This document shows, in pieces, positions 19,371 to 29,547 of a stretch of 64,000 bases of DNA. Under the pieces are notes generated by a model. It made no database searches. It saw only the letters and a program-made list of their open reading frames with translations, and was not told where the DNA came from. The DNA comes from Chloroflexota bacterium. GTDB lineage: Bacteria; Chloroflexota; Dehalococcoidia; Lucifugimonadales; Australimonadaceae. The DNA lies in contig JAPPHT010000056.1 in NCBI GenBank assembly GCA_028874795.1, forward strand, positions 75,560-139,559, in the 5' to 3' direction. How positions within the stretch are numbered: the stretch's first letter is position 1; each line of letters opens with the position of its first letter. Made by a program: the position numbers and the translations under genes.

Positions 19371-20750
19371 GTGAAGCACTTGGAGAGAGAAACCGCACAA
19401 CCGCAGGCGATATCGCTGGACGAGGCCGCGCAGATAGCGGGAGAAGTCAAGGACCTGATCAAGGCCGGTGATGAGCACTCCGCATGGGAGTTGCTCCAGG
19501 GTCTCCACCCGGCCGACATCGGGACCATCCTGGCCGGGCTTCCCTCCAAGAGCAGGGACGCCCTCATACAGGTGATGTCTCCCGACACGGTCGTCTGGAT
19601 ACTGCGACAGATGAACCCGGTGGAAGCGGGGCGGGTGGCGGCCCGGCTTGGGTCGAATATCCTCTCCTTCGCTCTTGACCAACTCCACCCGCGCCAGGTG
19701 CTGGCCGTGCTGGACCACCTTCCCATCCTGCGGGCGCGGGAAGTGGCCCCGTCCCTGGAGTCGCTGGAAAGCACGGAACTGTTCGATTACGCGCCGGACA
19801 CGGCGGGCGCTCTGATGGTCGGCCAACTCCCCACGGTGCGCATCGACCGCCTCGTCAGCGAGGCGCGCGAGAACCTCCGATTGTTGGAGGACATCCGCCA
19901 AAAGCTCACGCACCTGTTCCTGGTTGGAGACGACGGCGAGCTCGCCGGACAGGTCAGCGTGGTCGACCTGGCGCTCGCGGAAAGCGATACCCCGGTCCGT
20001 GCGATAGCCTCGCCGCTCGTGGCGACGGTGACGGTCGATACTCCCGCGCGAGAGTGCGCGCGGCTCCAGCGTCACTACAACGTGACCCAACTCCCCGTGA
20101 CACAGGGTGGGCGTCTGGCAGGCGTCATCCTCGCCGAGCACCTGCTGGGCGCCACGATCGAACTGGACACCCGGCAGATGCAGCAGGTTGCGAACGTCCC
20201 GGGGGAGACGGTTGGCGGCCCCCTGCTGTCCTCGATCCGGACCCGTCTGCCCTGGCTCACGATAAACCTGGGCACCACGTTCCTTGCCGCCGGCACGGTG
20301 GCGCTTTTCGAGTCGACGCTGGCGCAGGTGGTCGTGCTCGCCGCGTTCCTGCCGGTCGTCGCAGGACAGGGCGGCATCGGCGGTACCCAGACGCTCACGC
20401 TCATCGTCCGGGCCATCGCGCTCGGCGAACTCGTCGGCATCGGCGCGCGGCGCCTGCTGGCGCGCGAAGCCCTGCTGGGCCTGCTGCACGGGGTATGGCT
20501 CGGCGTCCTGGTGGCAGTCATAGCAATGCTGTGGAAGCAGAACCCCGGCCTCGGCCTCGTGCTCGGGCTGGCGATGCTGGGCAACATGGTCATTGCCGGG
20601 ACGGTCGGAGCAGGCGTGCCGCTGTTCCTGCGGAGGGCGGGAGTAGACCCGGCAGTCTCGTCCGCGGTGGTGGTCACCACCTTCACCGACGTCTTCGGGT
20701 TCCTGCTGTTCCTCGGCATCGCCAGCGCCTTCATCGGCCTCATCACCTAG
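19371..20750 (+). CDS. mgtE: Magnesium transporter MgtE
   Basis: LHPADI, TAGALM, CBS pair, RLPWL, DPAVSS..VTTFTDV. Confidence 0.92.
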   Translation: MKHLERETAQPQAISLDEAAQIAGEVKDLIKAGDEHSAWELLQGLHPADIGTILAGLPSKSRDALIQVMSPDTVVWILRQMNPVEAGRVAARLGSNILSFALDQLHPRQVLAVLDHLPILRAREVAPSLESLESTELFDYAPDTAGALMVGQLPTVRIDRLVSEARENLRLLEDIRQKLTHLFLVGDDGELAGQVSVVDLALAESDTPVRAIASPLVATVTVDTPARECARLQRHYNVTQLPVTQGGRLAGVILAEHLLGATIELDTRQMQQVANVPGETVGGPLLSSIRTRLPWLTINLGTTFLAAGTVALFESTLAQVVVLAAFLPVVAGQGGIGGTQTLTLIVRAIALGELVGIGARRLLAREALLGLLHGVWLGVLVAVIAMLWKQNPGLGLVLGLAMLGNMVIAGTVGAGVPLFLRRAGVDPAVSSAVVVTTFTDVFGFLLFLGIASAFIGLIT

Positions 20751-20759
20751 AATTGAGTT

Positions 20760-22793
20760 ATGTTCGCAACTCTTCGACCGAGCCCCACGCTGACCGGCGG
20801 CGACGTCCGGCTCAGCCTCCGCATGATGGTGTGGGAGTCGGTTGCATCGGGCGTGCTGTTCAGCCTCGGCAGCGGCGGCTTCATGGCGGCCTTTGCCCTG
20901 GCGCTGGGCGCCAACAACCTGCAGATCGGGCTTCTTGCCGCGCTGCCGTTCGTCTCCCAGGCGATGCAGGTCCCCGGCATCCTGCTCGTGGAGCGATTCC
21001 GCACGCGGAAGGCGATCGGGCTCCTGACCCTGGGCGTGTCGAACCTCTTCTGGATACCTATCGGCGCGGTGCCGTTCCTGCTGCAGACGCCCAGCGCTCC
21101 CGCGGTCACCATGGTGATCGTGCTGCTGGCCGTTCGCGGGCTCTTCTCGCCGGTCTGGGTCACTGCGTGGAGCAGCTGGATACGCGACCTCGTTCCCGCG
21201 CAGATACTCGGGAGTTACCACGGGCGGCGCCTCGCGGTCATGACCGCAGCCATGGCCGTTGTCGGGCTGGGCGCCAGTTTCTTCGTGCAGTGGTGGGAGA
21301 ACGCTTCCGCTCCCGAGGATGCGGTATTCGCCTACTCGTTCCTCCTCTTTGCCGGGGCGCTCACCTTCGGGGTGATCGGCCCTCTCCAAGTGTTGCGGGC
21401 CAGAGAACCCCTCATGCCCGCAACGCCGCAAACCGGAGGCTCTCCGTTCGCAACCTTGCCGGAGCCCTTGCGGGACAGGAACTTCTCACAACTCCTGCGA
21501 TTCCTGTTCGCCTGGAGACTGACCTCCAATCTCGCCATTCCGTTCTTCGCCGTCTACATGCTGGACGTGATAGGCCTTCCGTTGCCGGCCGTGATCGGCT
21601 TCACCGTCCTCAGCCTGGGCACGAACGTCCTGTTCATACGCGTTTGGGGCCCCATGGCCGACCGCCTGGGAAGCAAGACCGTCCTGTCGCTGTCGGCCTC
21701 CCTGTACCTGCTGGTCATCCTCGGCTGGGTGTTCACGCTCAACCCTGACCGTCACGTGCTTACGGTCCCGCTGCTCACGGTGCTCCACGTCTTCGCGGGA
21801 GTGGCGGCGGCCGGGGTGACGCTCACCATCAGTACGCTTGCGCTGAAGGAAGCCCCCGAGGAGAAGGCGACGGCGTTCCTCGGCATGGCAGGAGTGGCTA
21901 CGTACATCGGCGCGGGGCTCGGTCCCATATTGGGCGGCGTGCTGGCCGACTTCTTCGCCTCACGGTCGCTGCGGCTCGACTTCACCTGGACGTCGCCGGG
22001 CAGGGCCGTGGAACTACCGGCGCTCTCGGTGACCGGGTTCGAGTTCCTTTTCCTCATCGCCTTCGTGGCCGGACTGCTCTCCCTGAACCTGCTGGTTGCG
22101 CTCCGCGAGGAGGGCGAGATGCCACGGGAGAGGGCGCTGAGCGAACTGACCGCAGGCTTCGAAGGGCCTCTACGGGCCGTATCGTCAGTGCCGGGCATCG
22201 GCGCTGTGTCTGCTATCTCGTACGGCTATGTCAAGCGGGTGCCTGGAGCGGATGTCGCGATCGGCGTCGCCGCGTACCAGTTGGCGGCATCGACGCAGGC
22301 GGCGGTGGCATCCGCCAGCCGCGGGCGTTCCCTGATCAGGGACGTGGCGAGCGCGGTAGGAGACATCGTGGAAGAGGCTATCGACAGCGGGCAGGACGTC
22401 GCCGTCCATGGCCGCGAGCTTGCCCGCCACGCGACGCGAGGGGCTGTTCAAGCGGGAGAAGACCTCGCCGGCGAGGTGGGCAGAGTTGCTCGCGGCGCTG
22501 TCCGGGGCACGCTGCAGACTCTCGCCCGCTGGCCCGTGTCCGCCGATGAGGCCCTTGCCGGAGCGGGCTATGGCGCCGTGCAGGGCGCCATAGAGGCTGG
22601 AGAGGACCCATCGGAAGCCGCCGCCCAGGCCGTCAGGGCCGCGCGGGAGACCGCCCACGAGTTCGGGATGGCCCCCGCTGAAGCCGCCCGTCTGCTGGCG
22701 GATGGCGCGCTGGACGCAGCAGCAGCCGCGGGAGAGGACGCGCTCGCGAACGTCCGGCAGTCGTTGTCCGGCGAACCCGGAAGGAGCAACTGA
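20760..22793 (+). CDS. MFS transporter with a C-terminal ~200-aa Ala/Gly-rich 22-residue repeat domain
   Basis: About 12 hydrophobic segments, WGPMADRLGSK motif A, then repeats such as ARGAVRGT and GYGAVQGA. Confidence 0.85.
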   Translation: MFATLRPSPTLTGGDVRLSLRMMVWESVASGVLFSLGSGGFMAAFALALGANNLQIGLLAALPFVSQAMQVPGILLVERFRTRKAIGLLTLGVSNLFWIPIGAVPFLLQTPSAPAVTMVIVLLAVRGLFSPVWVTAWSSWIRDLVPAQILGSYHGRRLAVMTAAMAVVGLGASFFVQWWENASAPEDAVFAYSFLLFAGALTFGVIGPLQVLRAREPLMPATPQTGGSPFATLPEPLRDRNFSQLLRFLFAWRLTSNLAIPFFAVYMLDVIGLPLPAVIGFTVLSLGTNVLFIRVWGPMADRLGSKTVLSLSASLYLLVILGWVFTLNPDRHVLTVPLLTVLHVFAGVAAAGVTLTISTLALKEAPEEKATAFLGMAGVATYIGAGLGPILGGVLADFFASRSLRLDFTWTSPGRAVELPALSVTGFEFLFLIAFVAGLLSLNLLVALREEGEMPRERALSELTAGFEGPLRAVSSVPGIGAVSAISYGYVKRVPGADVAIGVAAYQLAASTQAAVASASRGRSLIRDVASAVGDIVEEAIDSGQDVAVHGRELARHATRGAVQAGEDLAGEVGRVARGAVRGTLQTLARWPVSADEALAGAGYGAVQGAIEAGEDPSEAAAQAVRAARETAHEFGMAPAEAARLLADGALDAAAAAGEDALANVRQSLSGEPGRSN

Positions 22794-22880
22794 GCGGGGC
22801 GGTACTCCCCTAGGGCCCCTCTCTCGAAGCAGGTACAATTGAGATTGTGCGCAGATGGCCCTGTGCCCTGGAGAACACGA

Positions 22881-24611
22881 GTGGACCAGTCCCCTACCCC
22901 CACGGAACGCGTTGCCCATCAGGTGAGGGAAACCCTTGCGGGCAACAGGAGCGCCCGTCGCCGGATCACCGGCGCCGTCGTGCGTTCAACCGCGATGGGA
23001 GCGGTACGCGGCACCCGCTGGGTTGGCAGGGGAGCAGGCAGCCTGGCGCGGGAGGCGGTTGAGGGCACGATCCAGGCCGTTGGCGAGATAAGCGGCGAGA
23101 CGAGCGCGTTCGTCAGGGATGCGGTCGTCGGCGTCGTGCAGGGCGCGAGCCAGGTGGTGACGGTCACGACTCCCGCGGTGCGAGAGGTCGTGGTCGGCGC
23201 TATCAGGGGAACGGAGAAGGCGAGCGCCGGGGCAAGCGAAGTCAGCCGCGATGCGGTCGAAGGGGCGATAGTAGGCGCGGTCTCTGTCGGTATCGATGCA
23301 AGCGAGGCAGCGGTCGCGGCGGTCGAAGGCGTCGTCGACGCTGTCGTGGAAACAGGCGGCGACCTGCGTGACGCGGCCCAGGCAACGGTGGGCGGCGTAC
23401 TCTCCGGCGTCGCCGCTGCCGGCGGCGATCTCGCTGCCGCTACGCACGACGCCGCCTACGCCCTCGTCGCCCACGACGCGGTCGCCGAACGGCACGCGGA
23501 CGAGGTCGCAGCTGTAGCGGACAGCACCGTCGACGCGGCGTTCCAGGAAGCCCGGCGAGCCGACGTCGAGACCGGGGAGGTGGTAGCGGCGGCAGCAGCC
23601 GGGGTCGTGGAGGCCGCCTACCGGGTCAGCCGGTCGCACGGAGAGAGCGTACGTCAGTCGGTGATGCGGAGGGTCGTGGGGTCCGGCCTGGCCATCGCCC
23701 CGGGCCTGGAACGGGGGCTCTCTGAGGTCGCGGAGCGGCTCTCGGCCGAGTTGCCCAAGGGTCGCGCGGCGTGGCGCGGTGCGGCTGTTGTCAGGGCGGC
23801 CAAGCTGCTGATCGGCGCGGGCGGCATCGACCTCGCCGGTTCGCTCGCTTACTTCATGGTGCTGTCGCTCCTTCCTTCGGTCGCCCTTGTCATCATGATA
23901 GTGGCTCTCGTCGGCGACCCTGAGGCTATCCGCGAGCGGCTCACCTCGGTCCTCGTCTACTACTTCCCAACGTCGCAGGTCCTGATACAGGAGGCCGTTG
24001 AGAACCTCTTCCGGGGCTCGCTTGCTATCGGAGTGGTGGCGACGGCAAGCATCGTCATAGGCGCCAACGGCCTCTTTTTGGCGGCGAACAGGGCCATCAA
24101 CAGGGTCTTCGGCGTCGGGGTGCGAAGGGCCGTCCAGATAACCGTTGCGCAGGTAACGATCACGACGGTCGTTGTTGTCCTGTTCCTGCTCTCCGTGGGG
24201 CTTACGGCCTCTCTCCAGACGGCCCTGCGTTTCGGAGAGGGGATCGCCGAGACGACCGGTTTCCTCTCCTCCGCCGTGGTGATTACGCTGGGCGTCGTCT
24301 CGACGGTGCTGCCCGCGTTCTTCACCATGGTCGTGTTCGCAGTCGTCTACTTCCGGATGCCGAACGTTCACGTGGAGTGGCGGGACGCCACGTTCGGCGC
24401 GATGGCCGCCATCGTGCTCTTCGAGGCGGGCAAGCACCTCTTCTTCTGGTTCACCGGCTTCGCCAGCCAGCGGAGCGCCGTGTACGGGCCGATCACCTCG
24501 GTGGTCGTCCTGCTGATGTGGGCGTACGCCGCCGGCATGATCTTCCTGTACGGCGCCGCACTCGCCAGGGCTGCGGGCGAACTCCGCCCATCCGGGATTC
24601 GGAAGCGCTGA
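22881..24611 (+). CDS. YihY/BrkB family membrane protein with an N-terminal 22-residue repeat domain
   Basis: AGSLAYF.VLSLLP, AINR.F, VYGPI.SVVVLLMW.Y..IFLYGA; N-terminal AVEG/AVVG repeats. Confidence 0.85.
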   Translation: MDQSPTPTERVAHQVRETLAGNRSARRRITGAVVRSTAMGAVRGTRWVGRGAGSLAREAVEGTIQAVGEISGETSAFVRDAVVGVVQGASQVVTVTTPAVREVVVGAIRGTEKASAGASEVSRDAVEGAIVGAVSVGIDASEAAVAAVEGVVDAVVETGGDLRDAAQATVGGVLSGVAAAGGDLAAATHDAAYALVAHDAVAERHADEVAAVADSTVDAAFQEARRADVETGEVVAAAAAGVVEAAYRVSRSHGESVRQSVMRRVVGSGLAIAPGLERGLSEVAERLSAELPKGRAAWRGAAVVRAAKLLIGAGGIDLAGSLAYFMVLSLLPSVALVIMIVALVGDPEAIRERLTSVLVYYFPTSQVLIQEAVENLFRGSLAIGVVATASIVIGANGLFLAANRAINRVFGVGVRRAVQITVAQVTITTVVVVLFLLSVGLTASLQTALRFGEGIAETTGFLSSAVVITLGVVSTVLPAFFTMVVFAVVYFRMPNVHVEWRDATFGAMAAIVLFEAGKHLFFWFTGFASQRSAVYGPITSVVVLLMWAYAAGMIFLYGAALARAAGELRPSGIRKR

Positions 24612-24817
24612 GGTCGAGGAAACTCAGAGGCGCGTCGCCGCTCAACGGCCCTGAGCGATCCGGCGCTGTTCCAGCCAGCCGACTTCGGCCTCGGTCAGGT
24701 CCTCGTCGAACGGCGTTGTTGCAGGCGTACAACAATGCGCCGCTCAAGTGCCCCGGCACAAGCCCTGGCCGAGGTCCTGATCCTGGACCAGTGTTGCACT
24801 TCAAGCCTGGGTCCACC

Positions 24818-24839
24818 TTCCCGCCTTCGCGGGAACGAC
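24818..24839 (-). repeat. REP-like palindrome (GTCGTTCCCGCGAAGGCGGGAA)
   Basis: Directly after the SDR stop codon. Confidence 0.7.
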
Positions 24840-24844
24840 GGACG

Positions 24845-25675
24845 CTACCCGGCGCCCCGCGCGAGTTGGCGCCAGGCGGCAGTCGCCGACGAGCGTCGCA
24901 GGTTCTCCTCGACGCCGAGGGCCGGGTCCCAGTCGTTGGCGATGATGCGCATCCCGTTGAAGCCGTCCGACTCCTCGGACGCGAGCCAAACGGCGGGCGG
25001 GCCCATGACCTCCGGCTGCACGAGCGCGGAGAAGTCCCGACTCGGGTCGCGGTCGACGAAGTTGGTGTTGGTGCCGCCGCCGGGGAGCAGCGCGTTCGCC
25101 GTGACGCCGGTGCCCTCGAGCTCGGGCGCCATCGCCGCCACCATCGCCTCGTGCGTCGCCTTGCTCGGCCCGTAGGGGATGTTGCGCGTCATCGTATCGA
25201 GGCTGGTCGTGACGCCGATGACGCGGCCCCATCCCCGCTCGATCATGCCCGGCACCGCCGCGCGCGCCATCAGGAACGGGCCGGTCGAGTTCACCGCGAT
25301 CATCCGCTCCCACACCTCCACCGGCTGCTCCCAGAAGCGGGGCGTCCTGTCCGACGGCGGAAGGAGGGATCGGTGGTGCACGCCCGCCAGGTTCACGAGC
25401 ACGTCCAGCCTCCCGTGCGTCTCCACCGTGCTCTGCACTGCGCGCTGCGCCTCGTCCCACCGGCTGGTGTCCAGCACCAGCGTGGAGACCGCGGCGTCGC
25501 CCGCGATCTCGCGGGCCTCGTTGGCCGTCTGCTGGAGCCAGTCGTCCTTGATGTCCAGCATCGCAACCCGGGCGCCCGCGCGGAGCATCGCGAGCGCGAT
25601 CACCCGCCCCATGCCGATGGGGCTGCCCGCGCCCGTCACGAGCGCCACCTTCCCGTCCAAGCGAATGTCAGCCAT
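24845..25675 (-). CDS. SDR family oxidoreductase
   Basis: VALVTGAG..GMG, DVLVN.AG, YGPSK. Confidence 0.9.
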   Translation of the reverse strand: MADIRLDGKVALVTGAGSPIGMGRVIALAMLRAGARVAMLDIKDDWLQQTANEAREIAGDAAVSTLVLDTSRWDEAQRAVQSTVETHGRLDVLVNLAGVHHRSLLPPSDRTPRFWEQPVEVWERMIAVNSTGPFLMARAAVPGMIERGWGRVIGVTTSLDTMTRNIPYGPSKATHEAMVAAMAPELEGTGVTANALLPGGGTNTNFVDRDPSRDFSALVQPEVMGPPAVWLASEESDGFNGMRIIANDWDPALGVEENLRRSSATAAWRQLARGAG

Positions 25676-25746
25676 GAGCACTCCTCCGGTCGGCGGCTTC
25701 CGCCGCGTGCATGGTCATCACGGGTTGGCGGTCCTGGTAAGCCGCA

Positions 25747-26718
25747 TCAACGGCAGATCTCCTGGACGGCCTCGACGATGCGTCCTGCAGTGGGCGTGAT
25801 GTAGTCCTCCTCCGCCTGGTGATACGGGATGGGCACGTTGGGGATGGCCACCCGCCTTATGGGCGCCCGCAACGACTCGAAACCCTCCTCCGCGATGGTG
25901 GCCGCGATCTCGGATGCAACGCCGCAGCTCCTCTGCGTCTCGTCGGCGACGACCACGCGTCCGGTCTTCGCGACGGAGCGCAGGATAGCGTCCTTGTCGA
26001 GCGGCACCAGCGTCCGCGGGTCCACCACCTCGGCGTCGGTCCCCTGGTCCGCCAGCGTCGCCGCCGCTTCCAGCGCCCGAGGCACCATGATGGAGGTCGC
26101 CACGATGGTGACGTCCGAGCCTTCCCGCTTCACGTCGGCTACCCCGAGAGGGACGTCCCCGCCGGACTCATCGACGTCGCCCACCACCGGGTGCAGCCGC
26201 TCGTGGTCGATGAAGATGGTGGGGTTGTCGCTGCGCACAGCCGCCTTGATGAGGCCCCGCACGTCGGCCGGGCTCCCCGGGACGCAGATCTCCAACCCGG
26301 GCGTGTTCCAATACATGGCCTGGGGCGCGATCGAGTGCTGGAGAGCGCCTGCTCCGCGGATGCCGGCGCGCATGTGGAACACCACGGGGCACGTCACCTG
26401 CCCCCGCGTTCCGTAGTGCGCCTGCGGGGCCTCGTTGGCGATCTGGGGGAACGCCTCGAACGAGAACGACCCGGTACCGATGGCCACGATGGGCCGCAGC
26501 CCCGTGAGCGCCGCGCCGACGGCGATGCCGCAGTAGCCGAGCTCGGCGATGGGCGGGTTGGTGATGCGGTCCCTGAAGTTCTCCCGCAACGGCGACCATA
26601 CCGCGGGGTCCCCGCGCAGCCCGCCGAACCCCGCTCCCATCAGGACGACGCGCTCGTCCTCTGCCAGCGCCTCCTGGATGCCTATGGCCATCGCCTCCGA
26701 GTAGGTCATCTGTCTCAT
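25747..26718 (-). CDS. ThDP-dependent 2-oxoacid/acetoin dehydrogenase E1 beta-like subunit
   Basis: PIAE.G, GLRP, AL.QHS, REGSDVT, DPRTLVPLD, SVAKTGR. Confidence 0.9.
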   Translation of the reverse strand: MRQMTYSEAMAIGIQEALAEDERVVLMGAGFGGLRGDPAVWSPLRENFRDRITNPPIAELGYCGIAVGAALTGLRPIVAIGTGSFSFEAFPQIANEAPQAHYGTRGQVTCPVVFHMRAGIRGAGALQHSIAPQAMYWNTPGLEICVPGSPADVRGLIKAAVRSDNPTIFIDHERLHPVVGDVDESGGDVPLGVADVKREGSDVTIVATSIMVPRALEAAATLADQGTDAEVVDPRTLVPLDKDAILRSVAKTGRVVVADETQRSCGVASEIAATIAEEGFESLRAPIRRVAIPNVPIPYHQAEEDYITPTAGRIVEAVQEICR

Positions 26719-26729
26719 GGCGGCCCCCC

Positions 26730-27761
26730 TCAGGCGAAGATGTGGTCCATCGCGCTCTCCGGCGATGGTATCGGGCTCGATAGCGCGAACTCGCGGGCTT
26801 CCTCAGCCTCCTGTCGGGCAGTGGCGTCGATCTCCTCGACCTCCGCCCTGGTCATGGCCCCCTCCTCGACGAGGCTCCGGCAGAGGAGAGAGACCGGGTC
26901 GGCGTTGGCGAGCCAGTCCTGCAGGCGCTCGTCTGCCGTGCCCGGGTCCCACGTCCACGCCATCTGGTGCGGGCCGCCGATCAGCTCCGGGAACTGGCCC
27001 CGGTTGCCCGGCCAACGGGTCAGGCGGGACTCGATGAAGAACGGCCCTTCCCCTTCGCGCGTTCGACCGACGAGCCCCGTCAGCAACGCCGCAACCTCCC
27101 TGGCGTCGCCACCGTCGACCACGTGCGTCTCGACGTTCATCGCCCTGGCGACGTCGGCCAGCTGCGTCGCCGCGAACGAGGACGACGGCTGTTCTCCCTG
27201 GCGGCGGCCCTCCGGGTGCACGCTGTTGTTCTCGCACATCATGATCAGCGGCAGGTTCCACAGGGAGGACATGTTGAGGGCTTCGTGGAACGCGCCCTCC
27301 TCGAGCACGCCGTCGCCGAAGAACACCAGCGACACCTGGTCGGTCCCGCGCCTCTTGATCGAGAATGCCGCGCCCGCCGCCATCGGAACGCCTCCCGCGA
27401 CGACGGCCGACGTCTGGAGCACGCCCAGGTGCTTCGCGATGACGTGGAAGGTGCCGCCCCGGCCCATGTTGTAGCCCGTGGTGCGGCCGATGATCTCCGC
27501 GATCACGGGGCCGGGCTCCCCGCCGCGAGCGATCACGTGCCCATGGTTCCGGTGGGTCGTGAACATGTAGTCGTCGGGTCCCAGGGCCATGCAGGCTCCG
27601 ACTCCCGTGGCCTCCTGCCCGATGTAGACGTGGTAGTGGCCCCTGATGAGGTCGTCGAAGCTCGTGGCCAGGTCGATGACCTGCTCCTCGACGCGCCGGA
27701 TCAGCATCATGCGATGCAGTGCGTCCTTCAAGGTGTCCACCGCCGGTCCCGCGGTTGTCAT
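26730..27761 (-). CDS. ThDP-dependent dehydrogenase E1 alpha-like subunit
   Basis: GQEA, THRNHGH, GRGGTFH, FFGDG...ENN. Confidence 0.9.
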   Translation of the reverse strand: MTTAGPAVDTLKDALHRMMLIRRVEEQVIDLATSFDDLIRGHYHVYIGQEATGVGACMALGPDDYMFTTHRNHGHVIARGGEPGPVIAEIIGRTTGYNMGRGGTFHVIAKHLGVLQTSAVVAGGVPMAAGAAFSIKRRGTDQVSLVFFGDGVLEEGAFHEALNMSSLWNLPLIMMCENNSVHPEGRRQGEQPSSSFAATQLADVARAMNVETHVVDGGDAREVAALLTGLVGRTREGEGPFFIESRLTRWPGNRGQFPELIGGPHQMAWTWDPGTADERLQDWLANADPVSLLCRSLVEEGAMTRAEVEEIDATARQEAEEAREFALSSPIPSPESAMDHIFA

Positions 27762-27826
27762 GTCACACTCTCCTTTCGGGAGCCCTCCCCTGTCTGCGGT
27801 CGAACGCCTGGTGCCGTGGGCTGCTC

Positions 27827-29452
27827 CTAGCGGTTCAGTGCCGTCTCAGCCGACGTGATGAACTCCAGCAGCGCCGCCCTGCCCTCTTCCGTGGCGCGGC
27901 GGGCGCGCAGGATGGCGGGGCCTACCTCCTCCGGGTCCTCGACGCGCTCCGCCCAGCCGCCCAGCGAGCGGGCGAGGTCGGCGTAGTTCCCGCCGACGTC
28001 CCGCGTACCGTACTTCTCGTGGGAGCCTACAAGCCGCCTCGTCTCGATGGCCATCGTGGAGTTGTTCGACACGAGCGTGATGATCGGGATGTCGTTGCGC
28101 ACGGCGGTCTCGAAGTCGAGGCCCGTCATGCCGAAGGCGGCGTCGCCCATCCAGTTGATGCAGACCTTGTCCGGCTCAGCGAGCTTGGCGCCCATCGCGA
28201 ACCCGAGGCCCGTGCCGAGCGCGTGGGACTTGCCCCAGCCGATGTAGGTGCGCGGGCCACTCGACCGGTAGAACGGCACCATCTGGTCGCGCGGGCTGCC
28301 GGAGTCGTGGGTGACGATGGCCTCGTCCGCCGGAATCGCGCGGTTCAGCTCCCAGACGACACGGTACGGGTTGATGGGCGCGTCCGGCGACTCGAGCTTG
28401 CCGCGCCACGCGTCGACCCACGCGTCGTACGCCGAGGCGACCTCCGCCTCGACCGCGGACCGCCGGCCGGGGTTCGCTCCGCCCACGTCGCTGACGGCGT
28501 CGATGAGTTGGCGCGCGCCCAGTTTGGCGTCCGCCAGCAGCGGGTGGGCGGCGGCGTAGTTCCGGTTCAGGTCCGCCTCGTCGTTGGTGATCTGGATGAT
28601 GGTCCGGCCCTCGGGCAGCGGCAGGTTCATCTGGTGCTTGGCCAGGCTCGCTCCCACCGCGAGGATGACGTCCGCCCTGTCCAGGAAGCTGCGCACCATG
28701 GGCGAGGTCGACGACGCGGCAGTGCCGATGGAGAGCGCGTGCGTCTCCGGGAACGCGCTCTTGCCCAGGAGCGTCGCCGCGACGGGCGCCCCCAGCATCT
28801 CGGCCAGTTCGACCACATCGTCCGTCGCTCCCGCCCAGAGGACGCCCTGCCCGGCCAGTATCACCGGCGCGTTGGCGTTGGCCAGGGCGCGGGCGGCGCG
28901 CTCCACGTCCCGCGGGTCGGCGAGCGTGCGCGTCGATGTGACCGGCTCGTAGCCGATCTCGCCCACGTCCAGCTCGGCGACGTCGGTCGGCAGCTCGACC
29001 ATCACGGGGCCCGGCCTGCCGTTGCGCAGCCGGGAGAACGCGCGGCGCATGGCGTCCTCGGTCTGCTCGGGGACGTTGACGGTTTCGAGCCACTTGGTCA
29101 CGTTGCGGTAGCCGCGCTCCGCGGTGAAGTAGCGGGGCCAGCCCTCGCGCTCACGCGCGTAGCCGGACGGCAGCACGAGGAGCGGCGACGAGTCCGCGTA
29201 GGCCGTCGACACGCCGGCGAATGCGTTCTCGGCGCCCGGCCCCGCCTGCATCGCGAACACCCCGATCCTCGAGCCGTTGCTGGCGCGGCTGAGGCCGTCC
29301 GCCATGCCGAGGCCGACGCGCTCCTGGCGGCACACGATGGGCCTGATGCCGACCTCGGCAACGGCGTCGATCAGGTCGGTCGTGGGATAGCAGAAGAGGC
29401 ACTCCACGCCCTCCCGCTTGAGTATCTCGGCCATCGCTTCCAGAGCCTTCAT
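27827..29452 (-). CDS. Thiamine diphosphate-requiring enzyme (acetolactate-synthase-like)
   Basis: RQER..MADG, GRPGPV, DSGSPRDQ, MGDAAFGM...NN. Confidence 0.9.
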   Translation of the reverse strand: MKALEAMAEILKREGVECLFCYPTTDLIDAVAEVGIRPIVCRQERVGLGMADGLSRASNGSRIGVFAMQAGPGAENAFAGVSTAYADSSPLLVLPSGYAREREGWPRYFTAERGYRNVTKWLETVNVPEQTEDAMRRAFSRLRNGRPGPVMVELPTDVAELDVGEIGYEPVTSTRTLADPRDVERAARALANANAPVILAGQGVLWAGATDDVVELAEMLGAPVAATLLGKSAFPETHALSIGTAASSTSPMVRSFLDRADVILAVGASLAKHQMNLPLPEGRTIIQITNDEADLNRNYAAAHPLLADAKLGARQLIDAVSDVGGANPGRRSAVEAEVASAYDAWVDAWRGKLESPDAPINPYRVVWELNRAIPADEAIVTHDSGSPRDQMVPFYRSSGPRTYIGWGKSHALGTGLGFAMGAKLAEPDKVCINWMGDAAFGMTGLDFETAVRNDIPIITLVSNNSTMAIETRRLVGSHEKYGTRDVGGNYADLARSLGGWAERVEDPEEVGPAILRARRATEEGRAALLEFITSAETALNR

Positions 29453-29547
29453 GGTCCTTCTCCTTGCGTCCGCTCAGCCGGTGCGCTGGCCGCATTGTAG
29501 CCCGCGGCTGGGATATGGTAGGTCTGTTGGCGGAAGGGAGCATCTTC

